Assembly: GCA_949289845.1 (NCBI GenBank)
Contig: CASEPN010000001.1
Location: forward strand, 118,887-182,886
Reading direction: 5' to 3'
From: an uncultured Bacillota bacterium
GTDB lineage: Bacteria; Bacillota_I; Bacilli_A; RFN20; CAG-826
DNA length: 64,000 nucleotides
How positions within the stretch are numbered: the first letter of the stretch is position 1; each line of letters opens with the position of its first letter. The translations under genes and the position numbers were made by a program. This document shows, in pieces, positions 28,401 through 36,071 of the stretch. Under the pieces are notes generated by a model. That model was not told where the DNA came from, made no database searches, and worked only from the letters and a program-made list of their open reading frames with translations.

Positions 28401-28789
28401 TCGAGGACGCCCAGGCCGACTACCTTGGCGACGTCCCCGCCGCGGTGGAGGAGAAGGTCGCTTCCTTCGTCACGGAGAGCTTCGGCGAGAACGCCAAGTT
28501 CGACATGCCTTCCTCTGTCTCCAACGAGGACATCCCCGAGGTCACCAACCGCTATAACGTCTACGTTCCTTCGGACGATCCGACGGGCGGGACCCCGACC
28601 TACCCGGGCGACGTCTGGCTCGCCCATGTCAAGACCGATTCCTATGACGCCTACGTCCTCATCGCCGTCGGCGACCTCATCACGGACGACGTCGACACGG
28701 ATGCGGCCCGCTACCTCGTATGCTCCGAGGAGGGGACCAGGGACACGGAAGCCATCGACGCAGTCGTGGAGGCGCTCCTCGCGCTCTAG
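25445..28789 (+). CDS. rnfG: Rnf complex subunit G, hugely expanded: N-terminal TM anchor plus about 8 tandem FMN-binding-domain-like repeats (1114 aa)
   Basis: N-terminal 'VLSVVAVLALIGGGAGALIG' anchor as in RnfG. Repeat 1, 'DASGNEIGKVYHAVGATGFGANVDLLIGVDADGLAHIEIVAYGPDNTGGN..IDGGTTTGATNTASVVRAM', aligns to canonical RnfG/FMN_bind 'GYGG.I.LLVGID.DGKI.GV.IL.H.ETPGLG....DAITGATITSRAV'. Seven further units of about 130 aa have the same pattern (e.g. 'NVIVGVTPEGEVTKLYL', 'ALVVGVKTDGTVTKLYL', 'LLIGVYPDGTISKVIAL', 'ALIAVNKDGTIKEVTLL') with variant flavinylation motifs (SAGAS, SAT, SSGT, SGGT). Confidence 0.8.
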   Translation: MKIKLDAKHVLSVVAVLALIGGGAGALIGTVNYFTSPVISENDDKKENEAYYKCFPDAASFSDETEVSSGTYIETYKSALDASGNEIGKVYHAVGATGFGANVDLLIGVDADGLAHIEIVAYGPDNTGGNNKTVEDWIDSINDGSETIDGGTTTGATNTASVVRAMVAEALDLYENGDVTPPPVTGGEKYYNLFEGGASAGDKVSVASGSLDHYREVKDASGNILGRAYYGGGLNVFGVSINVIVGVTPEGEVTKLYLDAYSGGEQMGTDTTIKNWIDEVNSGDREWTAGPSAGASYEVIKGVIDEAIAHYTSAAPAPTYEESVYLGLFEGASSIGAFRELGGNYLTGRVDVLDADGEVLGYAYEGEGKNSYNVHIALVVGVKTDGTVTKLYLGDYSGGNPAGTETSVNEWIDKVNDGTGSIEAGPSATYSYQVIKGIIDEAVGYATGAIVDPSENYLELFEGASSLGEEVELTGDYEYIASYREVKGSSGAVLGRGYITNTTNVGDRWGNLQLLIGVYPDGTISKVIALTDEQSRPDGTNEYIESVNGGGDYEDIFGYEASSGTVGIEITHDAIAEAIGDYTGVANLPAEITKAMASILPDAAGWGQPTVVNEGYIIGRMPVLDEDGVETGASYYLSGAASDGEYDLVILVKEDGSFTLSLVSGDWDSAYLAGVEAWIAKINDGSAHYRDDIKDSGVNQAAYAIAANIEAVLAYETETTESPYLALWDGSYSVSSSQAVEGGTYLHSYREVRDGAGKVLGRGYLTKVTSVPSSRGSYGDIQALIAVNKDGTIKEVTLLQNTQSIPGSTDEYAGFVNGGGNYEEVPEYSGGTIGVDILKDMIGEALTHYEQNPDQVVDPAEPVVPTNIPEAVKALIPEAHSWNAFVELSAVWQATGYWSALDESEAEIGRVYEFKAGSTGDDNLYYVALDEDAEIIQLEVVNTTLEGENLTALTTWVEQLNTGKAIPEIPSDSPIASELGWVESGIEDAQADYLGDVPAAVEEKVASFVTESFGENAKFDMPSSVSNEDIPEVTNRYNVYVPSDDPTGGTPTYPGDVWLAHVKTDSYDAYVLIAVGDLITDDVDTDAARYLVCSEEGTRDTEAIDAVVEALLAL

Positions 28790-28792
28790 GAT

Positions 28793-29518
28793 ATGGCGGA
28801 CAAGGCCATCGACATGCGGGGAGAGAGGAAGGAGGCCTTCGTCTCCGGAATCTGGAAGGCCAACCCCCTCTTCGTCTCCCTCCTGGGCTTCTGCCCGGCC
28901 CTCGCCGTCACGACCTCCTTCGAGAGCGCCTTCGGGATGGCGATCCTCTTCACCTTGGTGCTCCTGGGGTCGAACGTCTGCGTCTCGCTCCTCCGGAAGC
29001 TCATCCCGGAAGAGATCACGACGCCCTGCTACATCGTCATCATCGCCACCTTCGTCACGGTGGTGAAGATGCTCTGCGAGGCCTTCCTCCCGGAGCTATA
29101 CACCTCGCTCGGCGTCTTCCTCTCCCTCCTCGTCGTGAACTGCATCGTGCTCGGGAGGAGCGAGGCCTACGCCTCGAAGAACACGGTGCTCAACAGCACC
29201 CTCGACGCCCTCGGGAACGGCATCGGCTTCGGCTGGGCCATCTGCCTCATCGCCCTGGTGAGGGAGGTCCTCGGGACGGGGCAGCTCACCTTCGGGAAGG
29301 TGTTCACCTTCATCCCGGAGTACTCGCTCCCGCTCCTGAAGGTCGACGGGGTCTACGACCTCTCCATCGAGTTCTTCCAGCGTTCGATCGGGGGCTTCCT
29401 CGTGCTGGGGATCGCCCTTGCTATCATCGCCGCGATCGACATCCATAAGAAGGACAAGGCGAGGGTGGACGCCCTCCTCGCCAAGAAGAGGGCCGCGGCC
29501 CAGGAAGGAGCGAACTAG
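28793..29518 (+). CDS. rnfE: Rnf complex subunit E
   Basis: NqrD/RnfE family: 'NPLFVSLLGFCPALAVTTS', 'LGNGIGFG'. Confidence 0.9.
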   Translation: MADKAIDMRGERKEAFVSGIWKANPLFVSLLGFCPALAVTTSFESAFGMAILFTLVLLGSNVCVSLLRKLIPEEITTPCYIVIIATFVTVVKMLCEAFLPELYTSLGVFLSLLVVNCIVLGRSEAYASKNTVLNSTLDALGNGIGFGWAICLIALVREVLGTGQLTFGKVFTFIPEYSLPLLKVDGVYDLSIEFFQRSIGGFLVLGIALAIIAAIDIHKKDKARVDALLAKKRAAAQEGAN

Positions 29519-29521
29519 CCC

Positions 29522-30106
29522 ATGGAATACATCGTCGCCTTCCTCCTCGCCGTATTGACGAGCTCCCTCATCGACAATGTCGTCCTCGCCCGCTTCTACG
29601 GGATCTGCAGCTTCCTCGGGACCGGGAACAAGGTCAAGCCGGCCTTTTCGATGGGGCTTGCGGTGACCTTCGTCATCGTGCTGGCGAGCCTCGTCTGCTG
29701 GCCCCTTTATAACTACGTCCTCGTCCCGGCGAAGATGGAGTTCCTCGACACCATCGTCTACATCCTCGTCATCGCCTCCCTCGTGCAGCTGGTCGGGATC
29801 TTCGTCAAGAAGACCTCGCCCGCCCTCTACAAGGGACTGGGGATCTACCTCCCCCTCATCACCACCAACTGCGCGGTCCTCGGGGTCGCCCAGGGGAACA
29901 CCGACCAGGGGCTCGACTTCCTGAGCTCGATGGGGAACGCGATCGGGACCTCGCTCGGCTACCTCCTCGTGATCGTCCTCTTCGCCCTCATCCGCGAGAG
30001 GCTGGAGAGCGCCGAGACCCCCCGCGCCCTCAAGGGCATCCCCATCGCGATGGTGACCGCCGCCCTCATGGCGCTCGCCTTCATGGGGCTCCAGGGCATC
30101 GCCTAG
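29522..30106 (+). CDS. rnfA: Rnf complex subunit A
   Basis: NqrE/RnfA family: 'NVVLARFYGICSFLG', 'ITTNCAVLGVA'. Confidence 0.9.
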   Translation: MEYIVAFLLAVLTSSLIDNVVLARFYGICSFLGTGNKVKPAFSMGLAVTFVIVLASLVCWPLYNYVLVPAKMEFLDTIVYILVIASLVQLVGIFVKKTSPALYKGLGIYLPLITTNCAVLGVAQGNTDQGLDFLSSMGNAIGTSLGYLLVIVLFALIRERLESAETPRALKGIPIAMVTAALMALAFMGLQGIA

Positions 30107-30322
30107 ATGGACGAGGCCACGGCCAGGGGCCTGGCGATCGCCCTCGTCGTCCTCCTCGCCCTCCTCTTCCTCGGGAGCTTCGTCTGGTACATGAGGACGA
30201 AGCCTCCCAAGGGATGCGAGAGGGTGCGGAAGGACGAGACGGACTGCATCGGCTGCAAGAACGCCGGCTGCCGGCTCTACCGGCCCAAGGAAAATCCCCC
30301 CGAAGAGGGGAAGAAGGAGTGA
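30107..30322 (+). CDS. mini RnfB-like protein: TM anchor plus partial Fe-S (RnfB N-domain-like) motif
   Basis: 'GCERVRKDETDCIGCKNAGC' has 4 Cys with the C-x2-C-x4-C spacing of the RnfB N-terminal Fe-S domain. 71 aa. Confidence 0.45.
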   Translation: MDEATARGLAIALVVLLALLFLGSFVWYMRTKPPKGCERVRKDETDCIGCKNAGCRLYRPKENPPEEGKKE

Positions 30323-30325
30323 GAC

Positions 30326-30673
30326 ATGGACATGAGCCTGCTGGACATGGCCTTCGACAACGGGATGGCGATCCTTTATAGCTTCCTGGTGCTTCTCGCC
30401 CTCGGGGCGATCTTCGCCTTCCTCCTCTGTCTCTTCAGCGTCGTCTTCAAGGTGAAGGAGGACAAGAGGGTAGGGGTGGTGAGGAAGCTCCTCCCCGGGA
30501 TCGACTGCGGGGCATGCGGGAACGCGGGCTGCCAGGAGATGGCGGAGAAGCTCGTCTCGGGCGAAGTCAAGGACCCCGCCCTCTGCCGCCCGGGGAAGAA
30601 GGAGAAGAACTTCGACCCCATCCTCGCCTATCTCAAGGAACACCCCGAGCCCATATACGAGGACGAGGAGTGA
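30326..30673 (+). CDS. rnfB: RnfB N-terminal Fe-S domain protein (truncated RnfB lacking ferredoxin domains)
   Basis: 'LLPGIDCGACGNAGCQEMAEKLVSGEVKDPALCRPGKKE' aligns closely to E. coli RnfB '[38 protein letters not shown]'. An N-terminal TM helix is present and no C-terminal 2x[4Fe-4S] ferredoxin domain is present. Confidence 0.65.
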   Translation: MDMSLLDMAFDNGMAILYSFLVLLALGAIFAFLLCLFSVVFKVKEDKRVGVVRKLLPGIDCGACGNAGCQEMAEKLVSGEVKDPALCRPGKKEKNFDPILAYLKEHPEPIYEDEE

Positions 30674-30763
30674 GCAAGAGGCCTTCCGGAAGGGAGGCCT
30701 TTTCCTTCGCCTTTTCCTCCCTATTCCCGCCCTCCGTTGAGAAACAGACGGGGAGAAACTAGA

Positions 30764-31873
30764 ATGCGCCCCATGAAGAAATGGCTTCCTTTCCTTTTCT
30801 TGCCCCTGCTCCTTGCTTCCTGCGGTTCTCCTGAGGGAGCCTCGGGATCCTTGTCCGGGGACGAGGCTTCGTCCGGGAACGGGGCGACGATCGTCCCGAG
30901 CGGGGACTTCGAGCTCGTCCGCTACCAGGACTTCCTTTCCTTCGGCGCCTATAGCGACCTCCGCTTCTACCAAAGGGAAGGGGAGGATCATGTCGCCCTT
31001 TTCGAAAGCCTCGTGGAGGTATTCGAGCTTCTTTCCCATTACATGGAGACGGACCTTCCCTATGCGGATGTCTCGGGGAAGACGACCGCGAAGACCTTGA
31101 GCGAGGAAGAGGGGGCCTTTCCTCTCGACGAGACGATGGCGGGACTCCTTTCCTTCGCGATCGACGCCCGTTCGATCACCGGAGGCTCGATCGACATCCT
31201 TTCCGGCGGGCTCAACGACCTCTGGAAGGATTCCTATTTGCTGAACAAGGAGGACCCCGTCCTCCCGAGCCAAGCGGACATCTCCCGCGAAATCGCGAGG
31301 ATATCCTCCTCCTCGCTTTCCCTCGCCAAGGATTGGGACGGCTCCTATGAGGTCGAGAAGACAGGAAACGCCCTCCTCGACTTCGGCTCGATGGGGAAGG
31401 GCTACGCGGTGGCGCGCCTCGGGGAGGCGCTCCGCGAGGAAGGGATCGGCTATTTCCTTCTGAACGCCGGGACGAGCTCGATCCTCATCGGGCAGAACCC
31501 CAACAGCGAGGACGGGACCTTCAAGATCGGCTTCTCCGACATCGAAGGAGTCACCTTCCAGGCGAAGGACGTGGCGATCGGCACCTCGAGCGTGACGAAC
31601 CAGCACCGCGTGGACGAGGCCACCGGAACCCTCTATAGCCACGTGATCGACCCCAAGACAGGGAGCGCGGTGCCTTCCCTGACCACCGCGATCGTGATCG
31701 GGGAGGACGCCGGGATGTGCGACGTCTTCTCGACATGGCTCCTCATGAAAGGGGAGGAGGCCGATGTCGGGCTCATCGAAAGCATGGGCTACTCGGTCCT
31801 TCTTTACGACTACCGGAGGGCGACTCCCTTCGTCCACCTGAGCGAGTCCTTCCCCCCGCTGGAAGGGAAGTAG
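30764..31873 (+). CDS. apbE: FAD:protein FMN transferase ApbE, lipoprotein (extracytosolic)
   Basis: Signal peptide with lipobox 'LLLASCGS'. ApbE signature 'DFGSMGKGYAVARLGEAL' and a 'DPKTG' region. Confidence 0.85.
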   Translation: MRPMKKWLPFLFLPLLLASCGSPEGASGSLSGDEASSGNGATIVPSGDFELVRYQDFLSFGAYSDLRFYQREGEDHVALFESLVEVFELLSHYMETDLPYADVSGKTTAKTLSEEEGAFPLDETMAGLLSFAIDARSITGGSIDILSGGLNDLWKDSYLLNKEDPVLPSQADISREIARISSSSLSLAKDWDGSYEVEKTGNALLDFGSMGKGYAVARLGEALREEGIGYFLLNAGTSSILIGQNPNSEDGTFKIGFSDIEGVTFQAKDVAIGTSSVTNQHRVDEATGTLYSHVIDPKTGSAVPSLTTAIVIGEDAGMCDVFSTWLLMKGEEADVGLIESMGYSVLLYDYRRATPFVHLSESFPPLEGK

Positions 31874-32341
31874 ATGGCCTTCCGGGAGAATGTCCGCCGC
31901 CACCTTGGGGACATCCTCCTTTTCCTCGTCCTCTTCCTCGGGCTTCTCGTCGGGACGATCCTCGCCTTCCTCCTCCCGGGCGAGAAGGCCTCTGAGGCCC
32001 TCTTCTACCGGGACGACGCCCTCCTCCTCCGGATCGATCTCGTCCATCCCGAGAAGTCCGTTCCCTACGAGGACACGGAGAAGATCGAAGATCCCTCCTC
32101 CTACGGGGAAGAGGTCATCCTCGCCTACATCATCCAGGGGGAAATGACCCCGATGACCGTCGCCCTTTCCGCGGAAGGGGTTGCCGTCCTCGAGTCGGGG
32201 TGCCCCTCACAGTACTGCGTCGGCCTCGGCTACACGATGGACGTGAGGCGTCCGATCGTCTGCGCCTATAACCACGTCCACGTCGAGTACCAAGGAGCGG
32301 CCGCGGAGGATTCCTCTTCCGGGCCGGACATCATCCTATGA
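31874..32341 (+). CDS. small membrane-anchored protein, possibly NusG-domain-II-like (flavinylation-cluster associated)
   Basis: N-terminal TM 'ILLFLVLFLGLLVGTILAFLL' plus a roughly 110-aa soluble beta-rich domain. Family assignment is from recollection of ApbE-associated clusters and was not verified. Overlaps the next gene (ATGA). Confidence 0.35.
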   Translation: MAFRENVRRHLGDILLFLVLFLGLLVGTILAFLLPGEKASEALFYRDDALLLRIDLVHPEKSVPYEDTEKIEDPSSYGEEVILAYIIQGEMTPMTVALSAEGVAVLESGCPSQYCVGLGYTMDVRRPIVCAYNHVHVEYQGAAAEDSSSGPDIIL

Positions 32342-32862
32342 GAGGCACGGTAAGGAGGATGGCGGCCGACGCGGCGATGCTCGCCCTCGCCCTCGCCCTT
32401 TCGATCGCCGAGAGCTTCATCCCCATATCCGCGGTCCCGGGCTTCAAGCCGGGGCTCGCGAACATCGTGATCCTCCTCCTCATATACCAGTTCTCGTGGA
32501 AGGAGGCGCTCATCGTCGACCTCGGGAGGATTTTCCTCGCCTCCCTCATGACAGGGAGGATCCTCAGCTTCCCCTTCTACATGTCCCTTGCCGGAGGGGT
32601 CCTTTCCTATCTCGGGATGGTCCTGGTGAAGTCCCTCCTTTCGAAGGTATTCACCATATACGGGGCCTCCCTCCTCGGGGCCTTCCTCCATTCCCTGGGC
32701 CAGATCCTAGTCGCGATCCCCCTTCTGGGCACTTCCGCGGTCCTTTGGTACTTCCCCCTCATGGGCCTCACGAGCCTTCTCACGGGCCTAGCGACGGGCT
32801 TCCTCGCGGACAGGATCATCAAGACGAGGGTGTTCGAGTTCCTGAGGATCACGGGAAGATAG
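32338..32862 (+). CDS. Gx-transporter-family membrane protein (PF07456, mis-named 'heptaprenyl diphosphate synthase component I'-like)
   Basis: 'AMLALALALSIAESFIPISAVPGFKPGLANIVILLLIY' resembles the conserved N-terminus of this family. 4-5 TM, 174 aa. Confidence 0.45.
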   Translation: MRGTVRRMAADAAMLALALALSIAESFIPISAVPGFKPGLANIVILLLIYQFSWKEALIVDLGRIFLASLMTGRILSFPFYMSLAGGVLSYLGMVLVKSLLSKVFTIYGASLLGAFLHSLGQILVAIPLLGTSAVLWYFPLMGLTSLLTGLATGFLADRIIKTRVFEFLRITGR

Positions 32863-32899
32863 CCGTTATTTCACCGTTATCTTCATATAATTCCATCAG

Positions 32900-33904
32900 G
32901 TGAACCCCATGACCGGAGGGAGGACGAAGAGCGCCTTCCTTATCGCTTCCCCTTCCGCAGTCCTTTTGCTCTGGCTTTTCGAACTATTGATCAGCGGGAC
33001 TTCCTACGACGCGATGATCGCCCTTCTTTCCATTGGGCTCGGCATCCTCTTCTCCCTGTTCCTTGCCTGGCTCTCCCTGAGGGGCGGGGGTTGGAGGAGG
33101 GCCTCCTCCTTCCTTCCCCTTCTTGTCTTCGTCTTTGAGGCGGCGACCCTCATCGCCCTCCTCCTTGAGGCGGGATTCTCCTATGGGGCGAGGATCGACG
33201 GAGGCTTCTTCCTCGTCGGGAAGGGAATCCGCCTCGTCGGGACAGGGCAGGCCGTCCCTTACCCCGGTGGCGAGGAATGGATGTACGGGATGGACCTATA
33301 TTCCTATCCCTTCCGGTTCGACGTCCCCGTCGCCTTCCTCATCCTTCTCGTCCTCCTCGTTTTTTATAGGAAGAAAGCGAAGGGATGGCTCCTCCGCTTC
33401 CTGAGGATGGACGGGGAGGGGCTCCTGGCGCTCGTGCTCATCCTTCCCTTCGCCCTCGTCTCCATGTCCCGCCTCCTCGGGGCCTTCTATCTCCCCGCGG
33501 AGGGATATCTCCGGGTCCTCTTCCTGGGGTTCCTCCTGGAGGCCCTCCTCTTCTTCCTTGCCCTTTGGAGGGGACAGGCGACGCCATCCCTCATCGCCCT
33601 CGCCCTCGCCCTCGCCTTCCTCGAGGAACATATGAGGCAGGGGTCATCCATCCCTTCTTCCCAGGACGCCTTATTCCTACTACATGGCTTTGGATCCCTT
33701 CAGGGGGAGTGGTATCGCTACGTCGGCACGGGAGAGGTTCCCTTCTCCCTCTTCGCCGATTCCTGGGTCCTGGAGTCCTCGAAGAACATGGGGATCCTCT
33801 CCTGGGAGCTCCTATGGACGCCTGCTGCCGCCCTTCTTTCCTTGCCCCTCCTCCTTTTCTACCCGGAAGAAAGGAAGCGTTTCCTTCTTCCTCAACGTTT
33901 CTAA
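32900..33904 (+). CDS. hypothetical polytopic membrane protein
   Basis: Multiple TM helices. No recognisable motif. Confidence 0.35.
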   Translation: MNPMTGGRTKSAFLIASPSAVLLLWLFELLISGTSYDAMIALLSIGLGILFSLFLAWLSLRGGGWRRASSFLPLLVFVFEAATLIALLLEAGFSYGARIDGGFFLVGKGIRLVGTGQAVPYPGGEEWMYGMDLYSYPFRFDVPVAFLILLVLLVFYRKKAKGWLLRFLRMDGEGLLALVLILPFALVSMSRLLGAFYLPAEGYLRVLFLGFLLEALLFFLALWRGQATPSLIALALALAFLEEHMRQGSSIPSSQDALFLLHGFGSLQGEWYRYVGTGEVPFSLFADSWVLESSKNMGILSWELLWTPAAALLSLPLLLFYPEERKRFLLPQRF

Positions 33905-33995
33905 TAGCGATACTTCATCATTTCGTTGACAAAACTAGATAGCCTGCCATAGTGGGCTCACGAGCCAACCCGCGACAATCCGAGGACGATTCAAG

Positions 33996-34853
33996 ATGAA
34001 GAAAATCGCTATTTCGGTGGAAAGCACCGCCGACCTACCCAAGGAAGTCCTTTCCGAGCACGGCTTCTTCTCCCTTCCCTTCCATCTCACGATGGGGGAG
34101 GAGACGTATCTTGACGGAGAGAAGACGAACGAGGACATCTTCGAGTATGGGAACACCCATCCCGACCTTGCCAGGACGAGCGCTCCGAACGTGAGCGAGT
34201 ACCGGGCGCACTTCCAGAGGATCAAGGAGCAAGGCTACGAGGGGATCGTCCACTTCTCGATCTCGAGCCTCCTTTCCGGGGGATACAGGAACGCCCTCGC
34301 GGCGAAAGGAGAAGACGACTCCATCGAGATCGTTGACTCCGGCCAGTTCTCCCTCGGGATCGCGATGCTCGCCTTCGAGGCCGAGCGCCTCCTCAAGGAA
34401 GGGGTCACCGACGACATCCATGAGCTGAAGCGCCTCTCCCTCCCGGTGAAGGACCGGGAGGACGTCTCCCTCATGATCAGCGACCTCAAGTTCATGGCCA
34501 AGGGCGGGCGTTGCCCCTCCCTCGTCGCGAAGCTCCTCTCGCCCCTTCCTCTCAAGGTCAGCGTCTACACGAAGGAGGGGAAGCTCTCCCTCGCCCCGAC
34601 CCTCCTCCTGGGGAACATGGGGAAGGCGGTCCGGAAGTACATCGACTCCAGGCTCCGCCTCCACGAAGGGAAGATTGACTTTAGCCTCGCCGCCCTCGGC
34701 TACACGAGCGCCACGAAGGACGGGGTGGAGGAGGCCGTCAACCACCTGAAGTCCCGCGGCTTCCAGGAGGTCCTCGCCGTCCCAACGAACGCGACGGACG
34801 CCTGCCACGGAGGGCCCGACGTCATCGGCTTCGCCTTCCGCTTCCTCGACTAG
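33996..34853 (+). CDS. DegV-family fatty-acid-binding protein
   Basis: 'MKKIAISVESTADLP..EHG' N-terminus. 'IVHFSISSLLSGGYRNA' (the DegV 'SS.LSG' motif). About 285 aa. Confidence 0.8.
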   Translation: MKKIAISVESTADLPKEVLSEHGFFSLPFHLTMGEETYLDGEKTNEDIFEYGNTHPDLARTSAPNVSEYRAHFQRIKEQGYEGIVHFSISSLLSGGYRNALAAKGEDDSIEIVDSGQFSLGIAMLAFEAERLLKEGVTDDIHELKRLSLPVKDREDVSLMISDLKFMAKGGRCPSLVAKLLSPLPLKVSVYTKEGKLSLAPTLLLGNMGKAVRKYIDSRLRLHEGKIDFSLAALGYTSATKDGVEEAVNHLKSRGFQEVLAVPTNATDACHGGPDVIGFAFRFLD

Positions 34854-34857
34854 AAAC

Positions 34858-34945
34858 CGGTAAATCGGTAAATCCCTTGGTCGATACTTGATTTCGCTTG
34901 ACTTATCCCAATAATACGTGCCCGAAAGAAGGGATAGAAAACACA
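34858..34945 (+). promoter_or_regulatory. AT-rich promoter region with direct repeat cggtaaat-cggtaaat and a TTGATT-N17-ATAATA sigma70-like promoter
   Basis: 'ccggtaaatcggtaaat' (34858-34873), then 'ttgatt'-17 nt-'ataata' ahead of RBS 'agaaggga' and the ATG at 34946. The 13-mer ggtaaatcggtaa recurs in reverse complement upstream of the LacI gene (19782-19794). Confidence 0.35.
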
Positions 34946-35851
34946 ATGAAGAAACCCATTCTCCTGACCGCCGCGATCGCGGCCGCCACCCTCCTCGCCT
35001 CCTGCGGCGACGGATCCACCTGCAGCTCCTGCCCCGCCGGGAGCGAGGGCGCCAACATCACCCCGATCACCTTCGCGCAGCAGTGCGAGGCCGAGGGCAT
35101 CGACTTCACCTACGAGGACCCGAACGCGGCCTACTACATCCCCGAGGCGCTCCCGAGCAACACCGACGACATCGACCTCGAGCTCGGCGGCTCCACCGAT
35201 GCCGCCGGCAATCCGGCTGACAACGAGAGCGAGACCTCCTCTTCTTACTACACCATCGACTACGCGATGAGCAGGCTCACCACCTACTGGACGACCTACA
35301 CTTGGGCCGAGGCCGCCGCGGACGACACCGCGACCGCCTCCACCATCGCCGAGGCCGCTGCGCTCGAGAATGCCAAGTACGTCACCGATCTCTTCCCGAA
35401 CGATGGCAAGGAGTACGTCATCGAGTCCCAGAGGGGCTGGCCCTATGCCGCCGTCTCCTACTCCACCGTCGACGAGGACGGCACCCCCCGCGTCTCCACC
35501 GCCATCCCTGGCGCCAGGAAGGGCGAGGACGGCATCTGGAGGATGACCGGCTACATCACCATGAAGGACATGGTCTACAACATGGTCCGCACCGGCGAGG
35601 CCATGGCGCTCCTCTATGAGTGGCACCCCGAGGCCAGCGCCTGCTACGGCGGCCGCCTTGCCCTCGAGGTCGACTTCGACGCCACCTACGCCAGCGTCCC
35701 GGCCACGGAAGAGGGCGGCTCCCCGACCCAGGTCAAGCTCACCAAGGGCATGACCAAGGAAGAGCTCCCCGCCAACGCCAGCTACGTCGTCTTCAGCCTC
35801 AAGGTGACCCACCTCTACTCGATGGGCTACGCCAACGACTGGACGAAGTAA
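34946..35851 (+). CDS. hypothetical lipoprotein
   Basis: 'MKKPILLTAAIAAATLLASCGDG' signal peptide with lipobox. Acidic and Thr/Tyr-rich. Confidence 0.5.
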   Translation: MKKPILLTAAIAAATLLASCGDGSTCSSCPAGSEGANITPITFAQQCEAEGIDFTYEDPNAAYYIPEALPSNTDDIDLELGGSTDAAGNPADNESETSSSYYTIDYAMSRLTTYWTTYTWAEAAADDTATASTIAEAAALENAKYVTDLFPNDGKEYVIESQRGWPYAAVSYSTVDEDGTPRVSTAIPGARKGEDGIWRMTGYITMKDMVYNMVRTGEAMALLYEWHPEASACYGGRLALEVDFDATYASVPATEEGGSPTQVKLTKGMTKEELPANASYVVFSLKVTHLYSMGYANDWTK

Positions 35852-35881
35852 GTCCGTCCTCGGAGAAAGAAAGATCGGGAA

Positions 35882-35909
35882 GGCCTCGCGGGAACGCGGG
35901 GCCTTTCTT
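35882..35909 (+). terminator. rho-independent terminator
   Basis: 'ggcctcgcg-ggaa-cgcggggcc' hairpin followed by 'tttctt'. Confidence 0.5.
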
Positions 35910-36021
35910 CATCCCTCATCCACGCTCCTAAGGACCGCAAGCCGGGGCCATGGGAATCTCTACCCGCGTGGTGGAATTATTCGATGGCCCCTGCATCTTT
36001 CGCGGAGCGTGCCCTTGCCCC

Positions 36022-36050
36022 TTGATGCCCCCATGGGGAAGTGCTATATT
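36022..36050 (+). promoter_or_regulatory. sigma70-like promoter for the tRNA cluster (TTGATG-N17-TATATT)
   Basis: Hexamers at 36022-27 and 36045-50. tRNA-Ala starts 22 nt downstream. Confidence 0.45.
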
Positions 36051-36071
36051 CCGCGATGCCGCGAGGCGGCA

